From contig CAWBBV010000001.1 in assembly GCA_963787125.1 (NCBI GenBank), forward strand, positions 192,001 to 256,000: 64,000 bases of DNA, written 5' to 3'. Source of the DNA: an uncultured delta proteobacterium (GTDB taxonomy: Bacteria > Desulfobacterota > Desulfuromonadia > Geobacterales > DSM-12255). This document shows, one piece after another, positions 30,710 to 39,914 of the stretch. The notes under the pieces are model-generated. The model was not told where the DNA came from and ran no database searches. It worked only from the letters and a program-made list of their open reading frames with translations. Each line of letters opens with the position of its first letter. The first letter of the stretch is position 1. A program made the position numbers and the translations under genes.

Positions 30710-31273
30710 ATGGCGCAAGCATCCACCATCGATCTGCTCCCCCCGGAAATTAAGGCTCAGCTGCAGCAGCTGCTCCAGGATCCCCGCTGCACCCAGCTGC
30801 AGGTGACCGCCAAGATTAACGCCCTCCTTGAAGCCGAAGGCCATGAAGAGCGACTCTCGAAAAGCGCCGTTAACCGCTATGCCGTGAGAATGAATGAGGT
30901 CGGTGAAGAGCTGAGGCAGAGCCGGGAAGTGGCGGACATGTGGGTCGGCAAACTCGGCGCGGCTCCCGAGGGCAACGTGGGACTGCTGGCCATCGAGATT
31001 ATCCGGACTATGAGTTTTGAGCTGGCCATGATGATCAAGCGCGGCGGCATGGATCCGGAGAACGCTCCTGAAACCATCAAAATGGTCAAGGAGCTGGCGC
31101 TTACCTGTATGCGCCTGGAGAAATCGGCCTTTGATAACATGAAGCGGGAAACGGAGACTCGCAAGCAGGCGCTGGAGGCAGCCGCTAAAACAGCGTCGGA
31201 AACAGCTCGCAAAGCCGGTGTATCCGAGGAAACCATTGAAACCATCTGGCGTGATGTATTGAGGATGCAGTGA
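30710..31273 (+). CDS. Mu gp27-like (DUF3486) small terminase subunit
   Basis: STIDLLPPEIK...LSKSAVNRY. Confidence 0.8.
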   Translation: MAQASTIDLLPPEIKAQLQQLLQDPRCTQLQVTAKINALLEAEGHEERLSKSAVNRYAVRMNEVGEELRQSREVADMWVGKLGAAPEGNVGLLAIEIIRTMSFELAMMIKRGGMDPENAPETIKMVKELALTCMRLEKSAFDNMKRETETRKQALEAAAKTASETARKAGVSEETIETIWRDVLRMQ

Positions 31274-32709
31274 GAATAGTCAAAGCCAAAATGCTACCGC
31301 CCAACCCGGACGGCCTGTTTCTCCCCTACCAGGAACGGTGGATCAAGGATAAAAGCCGCCTCAAGCTGATGGAGAAATCCCGGCAAATCGGCTTGTCCTG
31401 GTCAACCGCCTATCCCTGCATAGAGCGTACTGCCAAGCAGGGGGCCAAGTGGGACCAGTGGGTTTCCAGCCGTGACGAGATCCAGTCAAAACTGTTTCTT
31501 CTGGATTGCAAGATGTGGGCACAGCTATTCAATCTGGCGGCCCATGATCTGGGGGAAGTTGTTCTCGACGCGAAAAAGAAGATCTCAGCGCAAGTGCTCA
31601 CATTTGACACCGGCAAATCTATCTACTCCATGAGTTCCAATCCGGACGCCCAGGCCGGCAAGCGTGGCGGCCGTGTCCTGGACGAATTTGCCTTAGGGAA
31701 CGATCCCCGCATGATGTGGTCAATCGCTTATCCCGGTCTCACCTGGGGCGGCAGTATGGAAGTCATCTCCACCCACCGCGGCAGCAATAACTTTTTTAAT
31801 CTGCTAATCCGGGAGATCCTCGAAAAGCATAACCCGAAGCGGATCAGTCACCATAAAATCACCCTGCAAACCGCCCTGGAGCAAGGTTTCCTCTATAAGC
31901 TCCAGCAGTCTCTTCCGGAAGACGCTGAACAGCAGGAGATGAATGAAGCCGAGTATTTCGACTTCATCAAGAACGGCTGCGCCGATGAAGAGTCGTTTCT
32001 CCAGGAATATATGTGTCTCCCAGGAGACGATGAAACCGCCTTCCTGGAATACGACCTGATTGCCAAGAGCGAATACACTTCCCATGAGCAGTGGGAGCTG
32101 AATTCTCCCGAAGATTGTCATGGCCGCCAACTTTATGCAGGCATCGATATTGGCCGCACCAAGGACTTGACCGTTCTCTGGATACTGGAACGGCTGGGCG
32201 ACACGCTCTATACCCGCAAGGTTATCGAGCTGCGCAACATGAGCAAGCCAGACCAGGAAGCCGTCATGTGGCCGTGGGTGAATCATATGGCCCGTACCTG
32301 CCAGGATTACACCGGTCTGGGGATTGGCTGGGGCGATGATGCCAAGAAACGTTACGGAGAGTATCGCTACGAGTGTGTAACCTTCACCGGCTTTGTCAAA
32401 GAACAGCTTGCCTATCCGGTCAGAGGGAAGATGGAAGATCGTAAACTGCGAATACCTTTTTCCGGCGAAATCCGCGCCGATCTGCGCGCCGTCACCAAGG
32501 AGACTACGCCATCCGGCAACATCCGTTTCAGTGCCGAACGTTCCGAAAACGGCCATGCTGACCGCTTCTGGGCGCTGGCGTTGGCAATCCAGGCAGCAGG
32601 GACTGCGACAGGTAATACCTGGGGCGGCTCCAAGCCGGTCGGCGCAAATAACCCGTATGAGAAATACGATCACCAACGCACACGCGACCTTTTATCGGGG
32701 TACAAATAA
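31270..32709 (+). CDS. terminase large subunit
   Basis: FLPYQERW, EKSRQIGLSW, VLDEFA, GIDIGRTKD, HADRFWALALA. Confidence 0.93.
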   Translation: MRIVKAKMLPPNPDGLFLPYQERWIKDKSRLKLMEKSRQIGLSWSTAYPCIERTAKQGAKWDQWVSSRDEIQSKLFLLDCKMWAQLFNLAAHDLGEVVLDAKKKISAQVLTFDTGKSIYSMSSNPDAQAGKRGGRVLDEFALGNDPRMMWSIAYPGLTWGGSMEVISTHRGSNNFFNLLIREILEKHNPKRISHHKITLQTALEQGFLYKLQQSLPEDAEQQEMNEAEYFDFIKNGCADEESFLQEYMCLPGDDETAFLEYDLIAKSEYTSHEQWELNSPEDCHGRQLYAGIDIGRTKDLTVLWILERLGDTLYTRKVIELRNMSKPDQEAVMWPWVNHMARTCQDYTGLGIGWGDDAKKRYGEYRYECVTFTGFVKEQLAYPVRGKMEDRKLRIPFSGEIRADLRAVTKETTPSGNIRFSAERSENGHADRFWALALAIQAAGTATGNTWGGSKPVGANNPYEKYDHQRTRDLLSGYK

Positions 32710-34214
32710 TGAACAATAAAATTCACATCTCCGCTCAAGACTCCATCATCTTCGCCGAACCCGCTGGTCAGTCTCTCAGCGAAGAGATAGCCGTCCGCTC
32801 CAGGAGTCTTGATTTCTTCACCCTGGGCAACATGTATCTGCCTAACCCGGACCCCGTCTTGAAAAGCCAGGGCAAGGACATCCAGGTCTACACCGACTTG
32901 ATGATTGATGACCGGGTCGGCGGCGGCATGATCAACCGGATCCACGCGACGCTCTCCCTGGACTGGGAGATTGACAAGGGGAAGGGCGCCAAGACGCGGC
33001 AGGCAAAAGCGATCAAGGAGATTTATAGCCGCCTGGCGCTTAACCGCATCAATGAGGGAGTTCTCCGTAATGCCCGTGGTTTTGGTTTTGCCCCTCATGA
33101 AATTGTCTGGGGGAGCTGGAACGGTCTGACGGTCCCTATTGATATAATAGCCAAGCCCCAGCACTGGTTCTGTTTTGGTGCCGAGAAAAACGATTTGCGC
33201 TTTCGCTCCAAGGAGTGCCCGCTGCTGGGCGAGGAGCTGCCGCCGCGCAAATTCCTCTGCCCGACCAACGAATCCTCCTATGCCAACCCATACGGCCTGG
33301 CGCTCAATTCCCGCTGTTTCTGGCCGGTGATCTTTAAAAAAGGGGGTTGGCGCTTCTGGGTGCAGTTCTCCGAAAAGTTCGGCCAGGTCTGGCCCATCGG
33401 CAAACTCCCCCGCTCGGCCACGCCTGAACAACGCAGCGAGCTGCTTGATATTCTCTCGCAAATGGTTGCTGACGGCTGTGCAGTTATCCCGGATGACGGC
33501 TCCATCGATTTCAAGGAATCGGGCTCTAAAGGCGCTACCAGTGATCTTTACCGCGGCATCATCGCCGAAGCGAACAACGCCATCAGCACCGTCTGGCTGG
33601 GTCATGCCGGCGCCGGAGAGGCTGTCCCCGGCAAGCTTGGTTCCGATAAAACCGCCACCGACGTCCGTGATGACCTGCGTGATGCAGATAAATCACTCCT
33701 GGAAGAATTCCATAACAGTGCCATCGACTTCATTTGCCAGATTAACTGGGGTAGCGCCGATAACGCTCCGCGCTTTTCCCTCTGGGAAGAGGAAGACGTC
33801 GATACGCTCCAGGCGGAGAGGGACGTCAACCTCACCGCAGCCATGGAAAAAAGCGGCCTCAAGCTCTCACGCAAATACTATATTCGCGAGTACAACCTGG
33901 ATGAAGCCGATATCGAAGATGCACCGCTGGTAGCTCCGGTTGCCGTACAGCAACTGTCAGCGTCCACCTTTGCCGAGCAGCCCGTCCAGCCCATTGAGCT
34001 GCTGAAAGAGCGGATGGCAAAAGAAACCGCTGGTCCGGCAACAACGCTGATTGATGCTGCTGAAACGCTGCTCGATGAAGTCGAGACGCTCGAAGAGTTC
34101 CGCGATCGCTTGATCGAGCTGTATTCACAGGCGGATCCGGAACGGCTGGCAACTGTGCTGGCGCAGATGAATATGCTGGAGAATATGGCGGGAAGGGTGT
34201 CGGCTGAATCATGA
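32709..34214 (+). CDS. portal protein (Mu gp29/DUF935)
   Basis: LPNPDPVLK, NPYGLAL...FW...FKK, FSEKFG..W.IGK. Confidence 0.9.
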   Translation: MNNKIHISAQDSIIFAEPAGQSLSEEIAVRSRSLDFFTLGNMYLPNPDPVLKSQGKDIQVYTDLMIDDRVGGGMINRIHATLSLDWEIDKGKGAKTRQAKAIKEIYSRLALNRINEGVLRNARGFGFAPHEIVWGSWNGLTVPIDIIAKPQHWFCFGAEKNDLRFRSKECPLLGEELPPRKFLCPTNESSYANPYGLALNSRCFWPVIFKKGGWRFWVQFSEKFGQVWPIGKLPRSATPEQRSELLDILSQMVADGCAVIPDDGSIDFKESGSKGATSDLYRGIIAEANNAISTVWLGHAGAGEAVPGKLGSDKTATDVRDDLRDADKSLLEEFHNSAIDFICQINWGSADNAPRFSLWEEEDVDTLQAERDVNLTAAMEKSGLKLSRKYYIREYNLDEADIEDAPLVAPVAVQQLSASTFAEQPVQPIELLKERMAKETAGPATTLIDAAETLLDEVETLEEFRDRLIELYSQADPERLATVLAQMNMLENMAGRVSAES

Positions 34215-35317
34215 TCGCTGCCGAGTTTAAACAGATCTTTAATCTCCCTTTCAGTGAGGCGAGCAGCTTCTTTAAGCAGAAGCTTAATATCCCGACCAGG
34301 GAGTGGACCGATCTTTGGCAGGGCGAGCACGCCAAAGGGTTCATGTCTGCCGGTGCCTATCATGCCGACCTGCTCACCGATCTGCGCGGCATGGTTGATA
34401 AAGCCATCGCCGGGGGGGTAACAAAGAAAGACTTCCGCGATCAATTCAGGCCGCTGGTGGCAAAGCATGGTTGGCAGCTCCAGGGAGGCGGTCCGGCCTG
34501 GCGTTCTGATCTCATCTGGCAGACTAACCGGGCAACGGCCTTTGCTGCCGGACGCTGGCAGCAGCTGGAGAGCGCCGGCATCAAGTATCTGCGCTATATC
34601 CATGCCGACGGCATTCGCCACCCAAGGCCGACACACCTGGCCATGCACGGCATCGTCCGGCCCAGGCTCGATGCTTTCTGGAGCGTCAACTATCCCCCTA
34701 ACGGTTTCCGCTGTCACTGCCGGGCCGAGCCGGTCAGTGATAAAGAGTACGCCACTACCCCGCAAAACCTGAAGCAGTTGCCGCCTGACTGGCAGACCGC
34801 GCCGGACGTTGGCTGGCGTTACAATGTTGGCAGTGAAGGGGCGCAAGAGGGCTACAAGGTGTTGGCTAAAAAGTTTGAAACCCTGCCGGAAGATATCGCC
34901 AGAGCATGGCTGAGTAATTTTATTAAAGAGCCAGCCTTTGCCCAGTTCTTTGCGCAAAAGATAGCGGGCGACTTCCCGGTGGCAATTCTGAATGAGGCGG
35001 ATAAGGCAGCTCTCGGGGCTACATCCCAGACGGTCTGGTTTTCGCCGAAGTCACTGGAAGAACACCTGGTGAAGCATCCGGATATTGGTGTTGAGGATTA
35101 TCAGAAAGTGCAGCGAGTGCTTGATGAAGGAGAGGTTTATCAGAAGTCCGGCAAGGAAGAGCGGCTGGTGTATCTGACGCTTGACGGAAAACTTTACCGG
35201 GCGGCGGTGAAGACGACCAAGGATAAGGCCGAGAACTTTTTTCTGACGCTGTTTGAAACAACGGACGAAAAGAGCAAAAGAGCACTGGTAGTGGGCCAAT
35301 ACAAAAGGATTCGATAA
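34211..35317 (+). CDS. MuF minor head protein with C-terminal PBECR-like nuclease domain
   Basis: HPRPTHLAMHG...FWSVNYPPNGFRCHC MuF core; C-terminal HLVKHPDI...DY...LYRAAVKTTKD...FFLTLF. Confidence 0.82.
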   Translation: MIAAEFKQIFNLPFSEASSFFKQKLNIPTREWTDLWQGEHAKGFMSAGAYHADLLTDLRGMVDKAIAGGVTKKDFRDQFRPLVAKHGWQLQGGGPAWRSDLIWQTNRATAFAAGRWQQLESAGIKYLRYIHADGIRHPRPTHLAMHGIVRPRLDAFWSVNYPPNGFRCHCRAEPVSDKEYATTPQNLKQLPPDWQTAPDVGWRYNVGSEGAQEGYKVLAKKFETLPEDIARAWLSNFIKEPAFAQFFAQKIAGDFPVAILNEADKAALGATSQTVWFSPKSLEEHLVKHPDIGVEDYQKVQRVLDEGEVYQKSGKEERLVYLTLDGKLYRAAVKTTKDKAENFFLTLFETTDEKSKRALVVGQYKRIR

Positions 35318-35410
35318 ACAAGGTGGGTCGCCATCTCCACTAGCCCTCATCAATGACTTTTCAGTCAAAGGGGTCGGCAGGCTGTAGCCGAGCATTGTTT
35401 ATTGAATCCT
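35306..35410. ncRNA. candidate structured RNA overlapping the MuF stop codon
   Basis: 16-bp closing stem 35306-35321/35395-35410 (one G-U) enclosing three small hairpins. Confidence 0.5.
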
Positions 35411-35457
35411 GTAATCAGCATACCACCAGCTGCCGACAAAGCAAATGGAAATCAGCC

Positions 35458-36012
35458 ATGAACATCACTATCAAAATAACCGATTCCGAAGTAAAAGCCG
35501 CCCTGCAAAAGCTCTCGGCCAAAGTTACGGACATGACTCAGTGCATGGAGCGAATCGGCGTTTATTACGTCAAAAGCGTCCACGAGAATTTCGACAAGCA
35601 GCAGAGTCCGGACGGCACACCGTGGCAGAAGCTGTCAGCCACTACCCTGATGATGAAGCTGGGAGAGACCCGCACCGGCAAGAATGGTGTCTCTCGCCCT
35701 TATCTGCGTAAAGGCGGCGCACTCTCTGCCAAGGGCCGAAAGTATCTCCAGGGTAAGCGCATCCTTATTGAAAGCGGTGATCTGCGCGACTCCATTCATC
35801 ATCAGGCCGACAGCCATAGTGTTACCATCGGCACCAGCGGTATTCCCTACGCCCATGTCCACCAGTTCGGTACCGCCATCGCCGGTCGGGGCAGAAAAAC
35901 AAAGATTCCGGCCCGGCCCTATCTTGCCGTCAATAATGGCAGGGAGCTGGAGCTGGCTGCCAAGGATAAAAAAATGATCCTGGCAATCATTGAAGAGCAG
36001 TTCAAAATATAA
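35458..36012 (+). CDS. phage virion morphogenesis protein (Mu gpG-like)
   Basis: NFDKQQSPDGTPWQKLS, LIESGDLRDSI, YAHVHQFG, IPARPYL. Confidence 0.88.
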   Translation: MNITIKITDSEVKAALQKLSAKVTDMTQCMERIGVYYVKSVHENFDKQQSPDGTPWQKLSATTLMMKLGETRTGKNGVSRPYLRKGGALSAKGRKYLQGKRILIESGDLRDSIHHQADSHSVTIGTSGIPYAHVHQFGTAIAGRGRKTKIPARPYLAVNNGRELELAAKDKKMILAIIEEQFKI

Positions 36013-36151
36013 TTAACCGTTTCGCCCTAAACTCCCCCACAAAGCGCCGTATCCCCCTCAAGCCGCCTCACCCCTGTATAAAATCCTAGCGCCGGACCTC
36101 GGCAAATTTAAAGCATGATTAAAGATGGTTTTTGAGCCAAGGGGAAACAGT

Positions 36152-36220
36152 TCTTATCCCCACATAAGAGAAATGATCCCCGCTCCTGTTATACGGTGCA
36201 GCTGCACCGCATAACAGGAG
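36152..36220 (+). promoter_or_regulatory. late promoter element copy 2 (PI-like) with hairpin
   Basis: TCTTA-N8-TAAGA, TACGGT, hairpin CTCCTGTTAT..CGGTGCAGCTGCACCG..ATAACAGGAG. Confidence 0.75.
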
Positions 36221-36238
36221 TAATCAAGGAGGGGGTAC

Positions 36239-37354
36239 ATGAACGAGTGGGACCTGGTATTTCGTACCGGCACACATATCGACGGTAACGGCAATAAGAA
36301 GGTTTGGACGGTTGCCGACCTGGACAAGATCGTTGCCGGCTTTAACCCCGCCTTTCACGAGCCGCCGCTGGTAATCGGCCATCCTTCCGATAACGCCCCC
36401 GCCTTTGGCTGGGTTGACGGCATCAAGCGGGACGGCAACGACCTGCTTCTTAAATACAAGGACGTCGCCCCCCAGTTCCAGGAGTGGGCCAAACAAAAGC
36501 TTTTTAAGAAAAAGTCTATCGCCATTTATCCCGACGGCTCACTGCGCCATGTCGGTTATATGGGCGCCATGCCGCCGGCCATCAAAGGCCTGCCCGATTA
36601 TCAGTTCAGTGACGGTGATCGAGGCGCAGCCGTTACTTTCGAGTTTTGCGACTGGCGCATGGGCACCATCGGCCGACTGATCATGAAGCTGCGTGACTAC
36701 CTGGTGGAAAAAGAAGGCGCCGACAAGGCCGATACAATCATTAGCTCTTGGGATGTCCAGGAGCTGTTAACCCCGCAGCCCGAGCAGGATTCAACTATAA
36801 GCAGTTTTACCGAGGAGGAAGACATGAAAGTAGAAGAAGTACAGACCCTGATAGACCAGGCACTGGCGAAACAGGACACGAAGTTTAGCGAGCAGCTTGC
36901 AGGGATCGCCACCAGCATCAAAGGTATTTCGACCCAGTTCGCTGAGCTGCAGACCGGCAATGCCGCCACTGCCCAGGCCAATCAGCGCAAGGAATTCTCC
37001 GAGTTTCTCCTGACCCCGGCCATGCAGAAACGAATTCCCGAGGCGCAGCGCGCCGCCACCGTCAGTCACCTGATGTCCCTGTTAGCGGCACCGGCCATCG
37101 AGTTTGGCGAGGGCGATCAGAAGAAGTCAGTTTCTGCCGTCGACACCTACAGAGAGCAGCTCGGCAAACTTCCCGAAGTGGTCGAGTTCAGTGAACTTGC
37201 TACCCACAGCCGTGTCGGCACCACCCAGGTCAACGGCATGGATGCCGCTGCAATCGCCAATAAAGCGACCGAGTTCAAAGAGTCCGAAGCCAAGGCCGGC
37301 CGCGAAATCAGCTTCACCGCCGCCGTCAGTCACGTAACCGGAAAAGGAGCGTAA
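36239..37354 (+). CDS. prohead protease/scaffold (Mu gpI/gpZ-like)
   Basis: PLVIGHP..NAPAFGWV, LRHVGYMGAMPPAIKGL; in-frame internal GAGGAGG-ATG at 36824 suggests a nested scaffold. Confidence 0.85.
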   Translation: MNEWDLVFRTGTHIDGNGNKKVWTVADLDKIVAGFNPAFHEPPLVIGHPSDNAPAFGWVDGIKRDGNDLLLKYKDVAPQFQEWAKQKLFKKKSIAIYPDGSLRHVGYMGAMPPAIKGLPDYQFSDGDRGAAVTFEFCDWRMGTIGRLIMKLRDYLVEKEGADKADTIISSWDVQELLTPQPEQDSTISSFTEEEDMKVEEVQTLIDQALAKQDTKFSEQLAGIATSIKGISTQFAELQTGNAATAQANQRKEFSEFLLTPAMQKRIPEAQRAATVSHLMSLLAAPAIEFGEGDQKKSVSAVDTYREQLGKLPEVVEFSELATHSRVGTTQVNGMDAAAIANKATEFKESEAKAGREISFTAAVSHVTGKGA

Positions 37355-37358
37355 GAAA

Positions 37359-37745
37359 ATGGGATATCAAGCCGCAATCATCAACAGGCTGGCCGGTGGC
37401 ACCATAGCGGCCTTCACCATCGTCAAGAAGGGTGCTGACGATAATAACGTCGTGGCTGCTGCCGCCGCCACCGACAAACTTCTCGGTGTAACTACCGGGC
37501 CGGTGCAGCTCACCTCCGCCACTGGCGACAGGGTTGACGTTGTTGTCCAGGGAGTTGCCGAGGTATTGGCTGGAGCCGCCTTTGTTGTCGGCGACAAGCT
37601 GACAAGCGATGCTTCCGGTCGGGCCATTGTCTCTGCTGCTGCTGCCGGCACCAATAACCCTGTAGTCGGAGTTGCACTGAAAGACGCGAGCGCTGCAGGG
37701 GATATCGTCCAGATTCTTGTTTCGCCGCAAACTTACCAGGGTTAA
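37359..37745 (+). CDS. capsid cement/decoration protein (DUF2190-like)
   Basis: Ala/Gly-rich; GD.VDVVVQG...GDKLTSDASGRA...GVALKDA.AAGDIV. Confidence 0.8.
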   Translation: MGYQAAIINRLAGGTIAAFTIVKKGADDNNVVAAAAATDKLLGVTTGPVQLTSATGDRVDVVVQGVAEVLAGAAFVVGDKLTSDASGRAIVSAAAAGTNNPVVGVALKDASAAGDIVQILVSPQTYQG

Positions 37746-37776
37746 CCCCTGACATAATTTACAAGGAGATCCTAAC

Positions 37777-38706
37777 ATGAGCTTTGCCCCTTTCCCCATA
37801 ACCCCGGAACTCACGGCGATCGCCATCGCCTACAAGAATACCTCGTTGATTGCCGACAATGTCCTCCCTCGCGTGCCGGTCGGGCGGCAGTCGTTCAAAC
37901 ACCGCTTATTTGCGCTGGGCGACGCCTTCACCCTCCCTGACACCAAGGTCGGCCGGACCTCTGCGCCGAACCGCGTCGAGTTCGGTTTTACCGAAGTTAC
38001 CTCCAGCACTTCCGATTACGCTCTCGATGATGCCATTCCGCAGGCTGATATCGAAAATGCTCCTCCGGGTTACAACCCGCTTGGCCGTGGCGTCGAGATG
38101 ATCACCAGCCTGATTCAGCTCGACCGTGAAGTCCGGACAGCAAATCTGGTATTCAACACGAACTCCTACGGCGCTTCCAACAAGCAGACCCTTTCCGGCA
38201 CCAGCCAGTTCAGCGACTTTGCCAACTCCGACCCGCTGGGAATTATCCTTGCCGCTCTCGACGGCTGTGTCATGCGACCGAATATCGGCGTTATCGGCCA
38301 GTCGGTCTGGACCAAGCTGCGCCAGCATCCCAAAGTCGTCAAGGCCGTCCTTGGCAATGCCGGTGATAGCGGTGTCGTATCCCGCGAGGCGGTTGCCCAG
38401 CTGCTGGAACTGGAGGCGCTCTATATTGGCAGCGGTTTTGTTAATACCGCAAAAAAAGGGCAGACAGCGACCATCTCGCGTTGCTGGGGTAAGCACATCT
38501 CCCTGATCTATCGCGATCATCTGGCTGATTCCAGCACCGGTACCACTTTCGGCTATACCGCCCAATTTGGCAGCCGGGTGGCCGGCAGCCAGAATGATCC
38601 GGATATCGGCATGAGAGGCGGCCAGCGTGTCCGTGCCGGCGAGTCGGTTGTTGAGCTGATCACCGCCAATGATCTCGGCTACTTCATCCAGAACGCGGTA
38701 GCATAG
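37777..38706 (+). CDS. major capsid protein
   Basis: PELTAIAIAYKN..LIADNVLPRVPV; 309 aa; position after scaffold and cement genes. Confidence 0.85.
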   Translation: MSFAPFPITPELTAIAIAYKNTSLIADNVLPRVPVGRQSFKHRLFALGDAFTLPDTKVGRTSAPNRVEFGFTEVTSSTSDYALDDAIPQADIENAPPGYNPLGRGVEMITSLIQLDREVRTANLVFNTNSYGASNKQTLSGTSQFSDFANSDPLGIILAALDGCVMRPNIGVIGQSVWTKLRQHPKVVKAVLGNAGDSGVVSREAVAQLLELEALYIGSGFVNTAKKGQTATISRCWGKHISLIYRDHLADSSTGTTFGYTAQFGSRVAGSQNDPDIGMRGGQRVRAGESVVELITANDLGYFIQNAVA

Positions 38707-38770
38707 CTGCGGCTCCGCTCAGTTACCGCAGGATTGGTGGGTGAGCGGAGTCGAACCCAAAGGAGCAATC

Positions 38771-39052
38771 ATGAAATACCTCGTTATCGAACCATTGAAT
38801 CACGACCAGAAAGAGTACCCGCCCGGCTCTGAAGTCGAACTGACTGAAGCCCAGGCGGCCAGCCTGCAGCAGACCAATGTTGTCGGCCCGGCCATTGGTG
38901 GCGAAACCAGTGGCAGAGCCACTGCCGCTGATCTGATCGCCCAGATAGCTGCTGCCGAAACTGTCGATGCAGTTGACGCCATCCTCGGCACTGATGCCAG
39001 GGCAACGGTTGTCGCTGCTGCCAACAAGCGCCGGACAGAGTTGGCCGCTTAA
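38771..39052 (+). CDS. small head-associated protein
   Basis: KYLVIEPLNHDQKEYPPGSEVEL; AGGAG RBS. Confidence 0.65.
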   Translation: MKYLVIEPLNHDQKEYPPGSEVELTEAQAASLQQTNVVGPAIGGETSGRATAADLIAQIAAAETVDAVDAILGTDARATVVAAANKRRTELAA

Positions 39053-39053
39053 A

Positions 39054-39494
39054 ATGGCCTACAACACCCTCGATAAAATCAAGAAGTTGCGGATCCCCGA
39101 GGCGCTGCTGATTCAGCTCACCGATGACGCCGACCTCGGTATTATTGATGAGGAGATCGCTGCCGGTGTCATTGCCGGCAGCGACGCCCTCATTGACGGT
39201 TATCTGCGCGGTCGGCTGATTCTCCCCTTGAGTCCGGTACCGGACCTGATCCCGGAGTTAGCTCTCGACATCTATGCTTACGGGTTTTATGCCTTAAAAC
39301 CTGCCTTCGAGATGCCTAAAACCATCTCAGATCGTTACGCCGGCACAATAGCGACACTCAGGCTGATTCAGAAAGGCGACTTGAAACTCGGCGTGGCAGA
39401 GATTGAAACCCCGGCTGCAGGCGGCACTTCTGCCCAAAGTATCGCCACAACCCGAACTAAGCAGTTCAGTGACGAAAGGATGGATACTTACTGA
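39054..39494 (+). CDS. head-tail adaptor (Mu gp36/DUF1320)
   Basis: LIQLTDD...DALIDGYLRGR..LPL..VP..I...DI..Y. Confidence 0.82.
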   Translation: MAYNTLDKIKKLRIPEALLIQLTDDADLGIIDEEIAAGVIAGSDALIDGYLRGRLILPLSPVPDLIPELALDIYAYGFYALKPAFEMPKTISDRYAGTIATLRLIQKGDLKLGVAEIETPAAGGTSAQSIATTRTKQFSDERMDTY

Positions 39495-39901
39495 TGCTTA
39501 CCGAAGTCCAAAATGACATTCTCACCGCTCTCGATGGCCTCCCTGCCTTTCGGGAGCGCGGCGTCTGGCAGGGGGAGCTGGATGAACTGCTCAAAACCCC
39601 GCAAAAGCTCCCCTCAGTGCACGTCTGTCTGGTTACAGGTCAATTCGGCGGACCGAAGCTGATCCCGCCAACCGAGTCGCTGCTGAATATGGGTTGGGAC
39701 CTCATTATTGCTTACGAGTGTCTCAAAGATCGGCGGGTGTCGGCAGATCAGGGTTACGGTCTGATCGAGGCAGTCGTTGCCTGCTTGAAAGGGCTCCGGA
39801 CACAAAGGGGGCTGCTCTGGCCGGAAAGCCTCGATCTCCTCCAGTCCATCAATGGCAAAACCGTCTATGCAGTCAGGTTCTTAATCGAAAAAGAAATTTA
39901 A
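39494..39901 (+). CDS. tail completion protein (Mu gp37-like)
   Basis: Size, position and beta-rich pattern between adaptor and tail tube. Confidence 0.6.
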   Translation: MLTEVQNDILTALDGLPAFRERGVWQGELDELLKTPQKLPSVHVCLVTGQFGGPKLIPPTESLLNMGWDLIIAYECLKDRRVSADQGYGLIEAVVACLKGLRTQRGLLWPESLDLLQSINGKTVYAVRFLIEKEI

Positions 39902-39914
39902 CCGGAGGTATTAA

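Noticed and set aside
31804..34957. Long minus-strand ORFs opposite terminase, portal and MuF (also 4099..4887 opposite groESL)
   Set aside because: Antisense shadows of GC-biased genes, with no motifs or RBS.
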